Shown here: positions 61,724 through 64,000 of the stretch, one piece after another
Layout: every line of letters starts with the position of its first letter
How positions within the stretch are numbered: position 1 is the stretch's first letter
Position numbers and translations under genes: made by a program
Assembly (NCBI GenBank): GCA_965153285.1
Contig: OZ229112.1
DNA length: 64,000 nt
Strand: one strand, 5' to 3'
From: Podarcis tiliguerta
Taxonomy: Eukaryota
Notes under the pieces: model-generated
Told to the model about the DNA's origin: nothing
The model's input: the letters and a program-made list of their open reading frames with translations, nothing else
Databases searched by the model: none

Positions 61724-64000
61724 GTACGCTATTGAAAATCTTGCTAGATGTGTTATGATGGCACATACCCACAGTCCTCTCTGCGCATGGAAAACTAAGT
61801 ATCAGGGAAGAAGGATTTTGCCTGCTTCTCCTTCTTGTGTTGCTCTGTTTGAGTCCTCATCTGTTGTGTGAAGTGGTGCAGTCACACAGGTGTCCACCTC
61901 TTTGTCTATTATTTATGGGGAGATGCTGAATGTTTCCCTGGCAGGGGTATATCTGGATTCTTCCATGTAGTTTGTCAAAGTTAAATTTGGAGTTTTAGGT
62001 TTATATAATCCCCAGTGGAAAATTACCTTTGTGCTATAAACTGGCTGTAACAGCACCAGTCAAGTGTCTAGTGCTGCTTAGGTTTGCTGAGTCACTCTTG
62101 AGCTGTGACACACGCACACCCTGACACCACAACTCTATGGCTGTGTTGTTAAAAAAAAAAGCAACTGTAGAAGATGGGAAAGCACTCTGCATCCATAATC
62201 CAATCAAGGTGCAGAATATTCTGTTTCCTAAGGGTGCTCTGTTTAAATCCACCCTTCCCACTTCATTAACCTTTTTTACACTTGAGCCAGGAATTGTGTC
62301 CATGTATACAAACCTGTTTCTTTGCCGTAGTGATTTTATCCTGCCTGTTCTACTCGCACCAGATCTTATCCTGTTACCTTGCGTAGATTGCTCTTGCTGA
62401 ATTTGGATTTCTGGCTAATAATGCACAACAAATTTCCTGTTCAGTAGATATGCATTATTTATTTGTCAGCTTTACAATAAATCTCCCAAGATATGCAAGC
62501 AGTTATTCAGATGAATCCCATTCTTTTCCTACTCTTGCGGGTGTGGGGGGAGAGGCACGAATAGGGAAGAAACTGCTGTTTGAAGAAGAAAAAAACGGTT
62601 AAGATCAAAGTGATTTACGTACGTGGTTTATTTAGTATCACTCCCCAATAGTTTAATTATATAATACATCAATTTGAAATCTCAAAGAGCTGAACAACTG
62701 CATTATTTCATCTCTGTCAACGCACAACTGGGACTTTTTTAATAGAAAAAGATGCTTTGGATAAATAAAAACAAAAGGAAGGGCCGGCTGGAATTATTTT
62801 GCCTGATAGTTCTCATTTGAAGCTTCAGACTGGGGCTTTCAGGGGACATTAGCCACTTATTTTGGAGAAAAGATAAGCAAGGAGAAGGGGAACTTTTACA
62901 GAGCAGGATATTCATGTTGGCACAAGGTTTTCTGGACCAAACACTATATCATCGGACATGTGGGCTATATGGGTGGAATCCAATTGTTCCATTCCATGAG
63001 TAGGAGGACTTTTAACCCAGCAAATCCCTCCACTAGTGGATGGAGGGGAAAAGATACTTATCTGTTCCTGCTCCCCCATGCATTCCCTTTCTGCCCCTTC
63101 CAGACAATCTGATCTGGATGGTTGAGGAACCCTCTGAAAGGTGGCACAAACCTGCGTGGAGAAGGAGAAATCTGAATATCCCCTCCCTTCCTCTTCCATT
63201 ATTGGATGCCTTCACTAGTTCAAAGACTCTTCCACAAATGGAAGGAGTCTTTCTATTTGCATAAAGGCACAACTGAGCAGAAGCACACAAACACACATAC
63301 CTTGAACACAGAGAGAAGAAAAGGTCAAACAGGCCTAGTGCTAACTGTGTGTCGAGACCAAAATGCAAGGTAGGGATTGTAAAAAAATAAATCTGCGTGC
63401 ACAATGTTGATATTGATATTTTCAGAAAATTCCATCCCTAGCCATGATAGTATTTGCAACTCTTGCAATGGTGCTGTGACTAGTAGGCAGGCTTTGCAAA
63501 GAGTGCATACTCAATGGAAAGAAAGGAAAGATCGGCATGCCATAGCAAACACCATCCTGTGGCTCCTTAGACAGGCAACACATTTCTTGATCCCCCAAGA
63601 GATAATTCAATTTCAGTGTATTGCAACCTGCTTTGTAAGGATGTGGCATCCTCATGCTGCACAAATCAAGTTACAGTGTGGAATAAACTGTGTACTTTTC
63701 AGACAGTACAACATAAAGTAATTATAGCATCAGAACATATTTTTTGTTTACACCCTTGTATATCACTTTGGTTCAATCTCCGAGAAGCATATTGTTAACT
63801 TTAAAAGGCAGACAACTTGGGAACAAAACTGTTTTAGGATATAGAATGTGATAGGGACTGTGAGATGGAATCTTTATTTTAATACCGGTAGTTTGCTCTT
63901 TGAACTGATTGGAAGTCAAAATGCCATAATTAAATTGCAATTGAAAAGCCTGGGTCTCTGTCATGAAATCAATAAAGGGAAAAATCTCAGTGGGCTTAAA

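Noticed and set aside
177-63964. Most ORFs in the six-frame track as protein-coding genes
   Set aside because: Short, overlapping on both strands, no recognisable domains, often translated microsatellites or MITEs; expected noise in vertebrate intron.
61724-64000. Next EYS exon
   Set aside because: No phase-0 exon supplying the missing sixth cysteine was found; ORF 63404..63721 lacks EGF spacing.

Overview
This is eukaryotic (vertebrate) DNA, almost certainly from a squamate reptile and probably a lacertid lizard, judging by a full-length Sauria SINE, Squam-type SINEs and lizard-type CR1/L2/L1 remnants. The window is an internal, intron-dominated part of the + strand photoreceptor gene EYS (eyes shut homolog). 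Five GT-AG exons (5919-6090, 6796-6874, 13872-14071, 59482-59606, 61599-61723) splice in one open frame with matching phases (1-2, 2-0, 0-2, 2-1, 1-0) and encode a run of about six calcium-binding EGF repeats. The last two exons are missed by the ORF track, and a 45.4-kb intron separates the third from the fourth. Nearly all other ORFs in the track are spurious or transposon-derived. The introns hold seven TA-flanked Tc1/mariner-type MITEs, hAT- and Harbinger-like MITEs, LINE fragments, SINEs, microsatellites, a degenerate minisatellite and a local duplication. The most unusual objects are (i) the 3' part of a tyrosine-recombinase (Ngaro/DIRS-like) retroelement with an internally deleted SGNH-hydrolase ORF, whose whole 3' UTR is closed by a bipartite long-range inverted repeat, and (ii) a perfect palindrome carrying two inverted CRX/OTX-type TAATCC sites. 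I cannot demonstrate a new biological system from the sequence alone; these are leads. Repeat family names and comparisons with human EYS come from recall, not from database searches.
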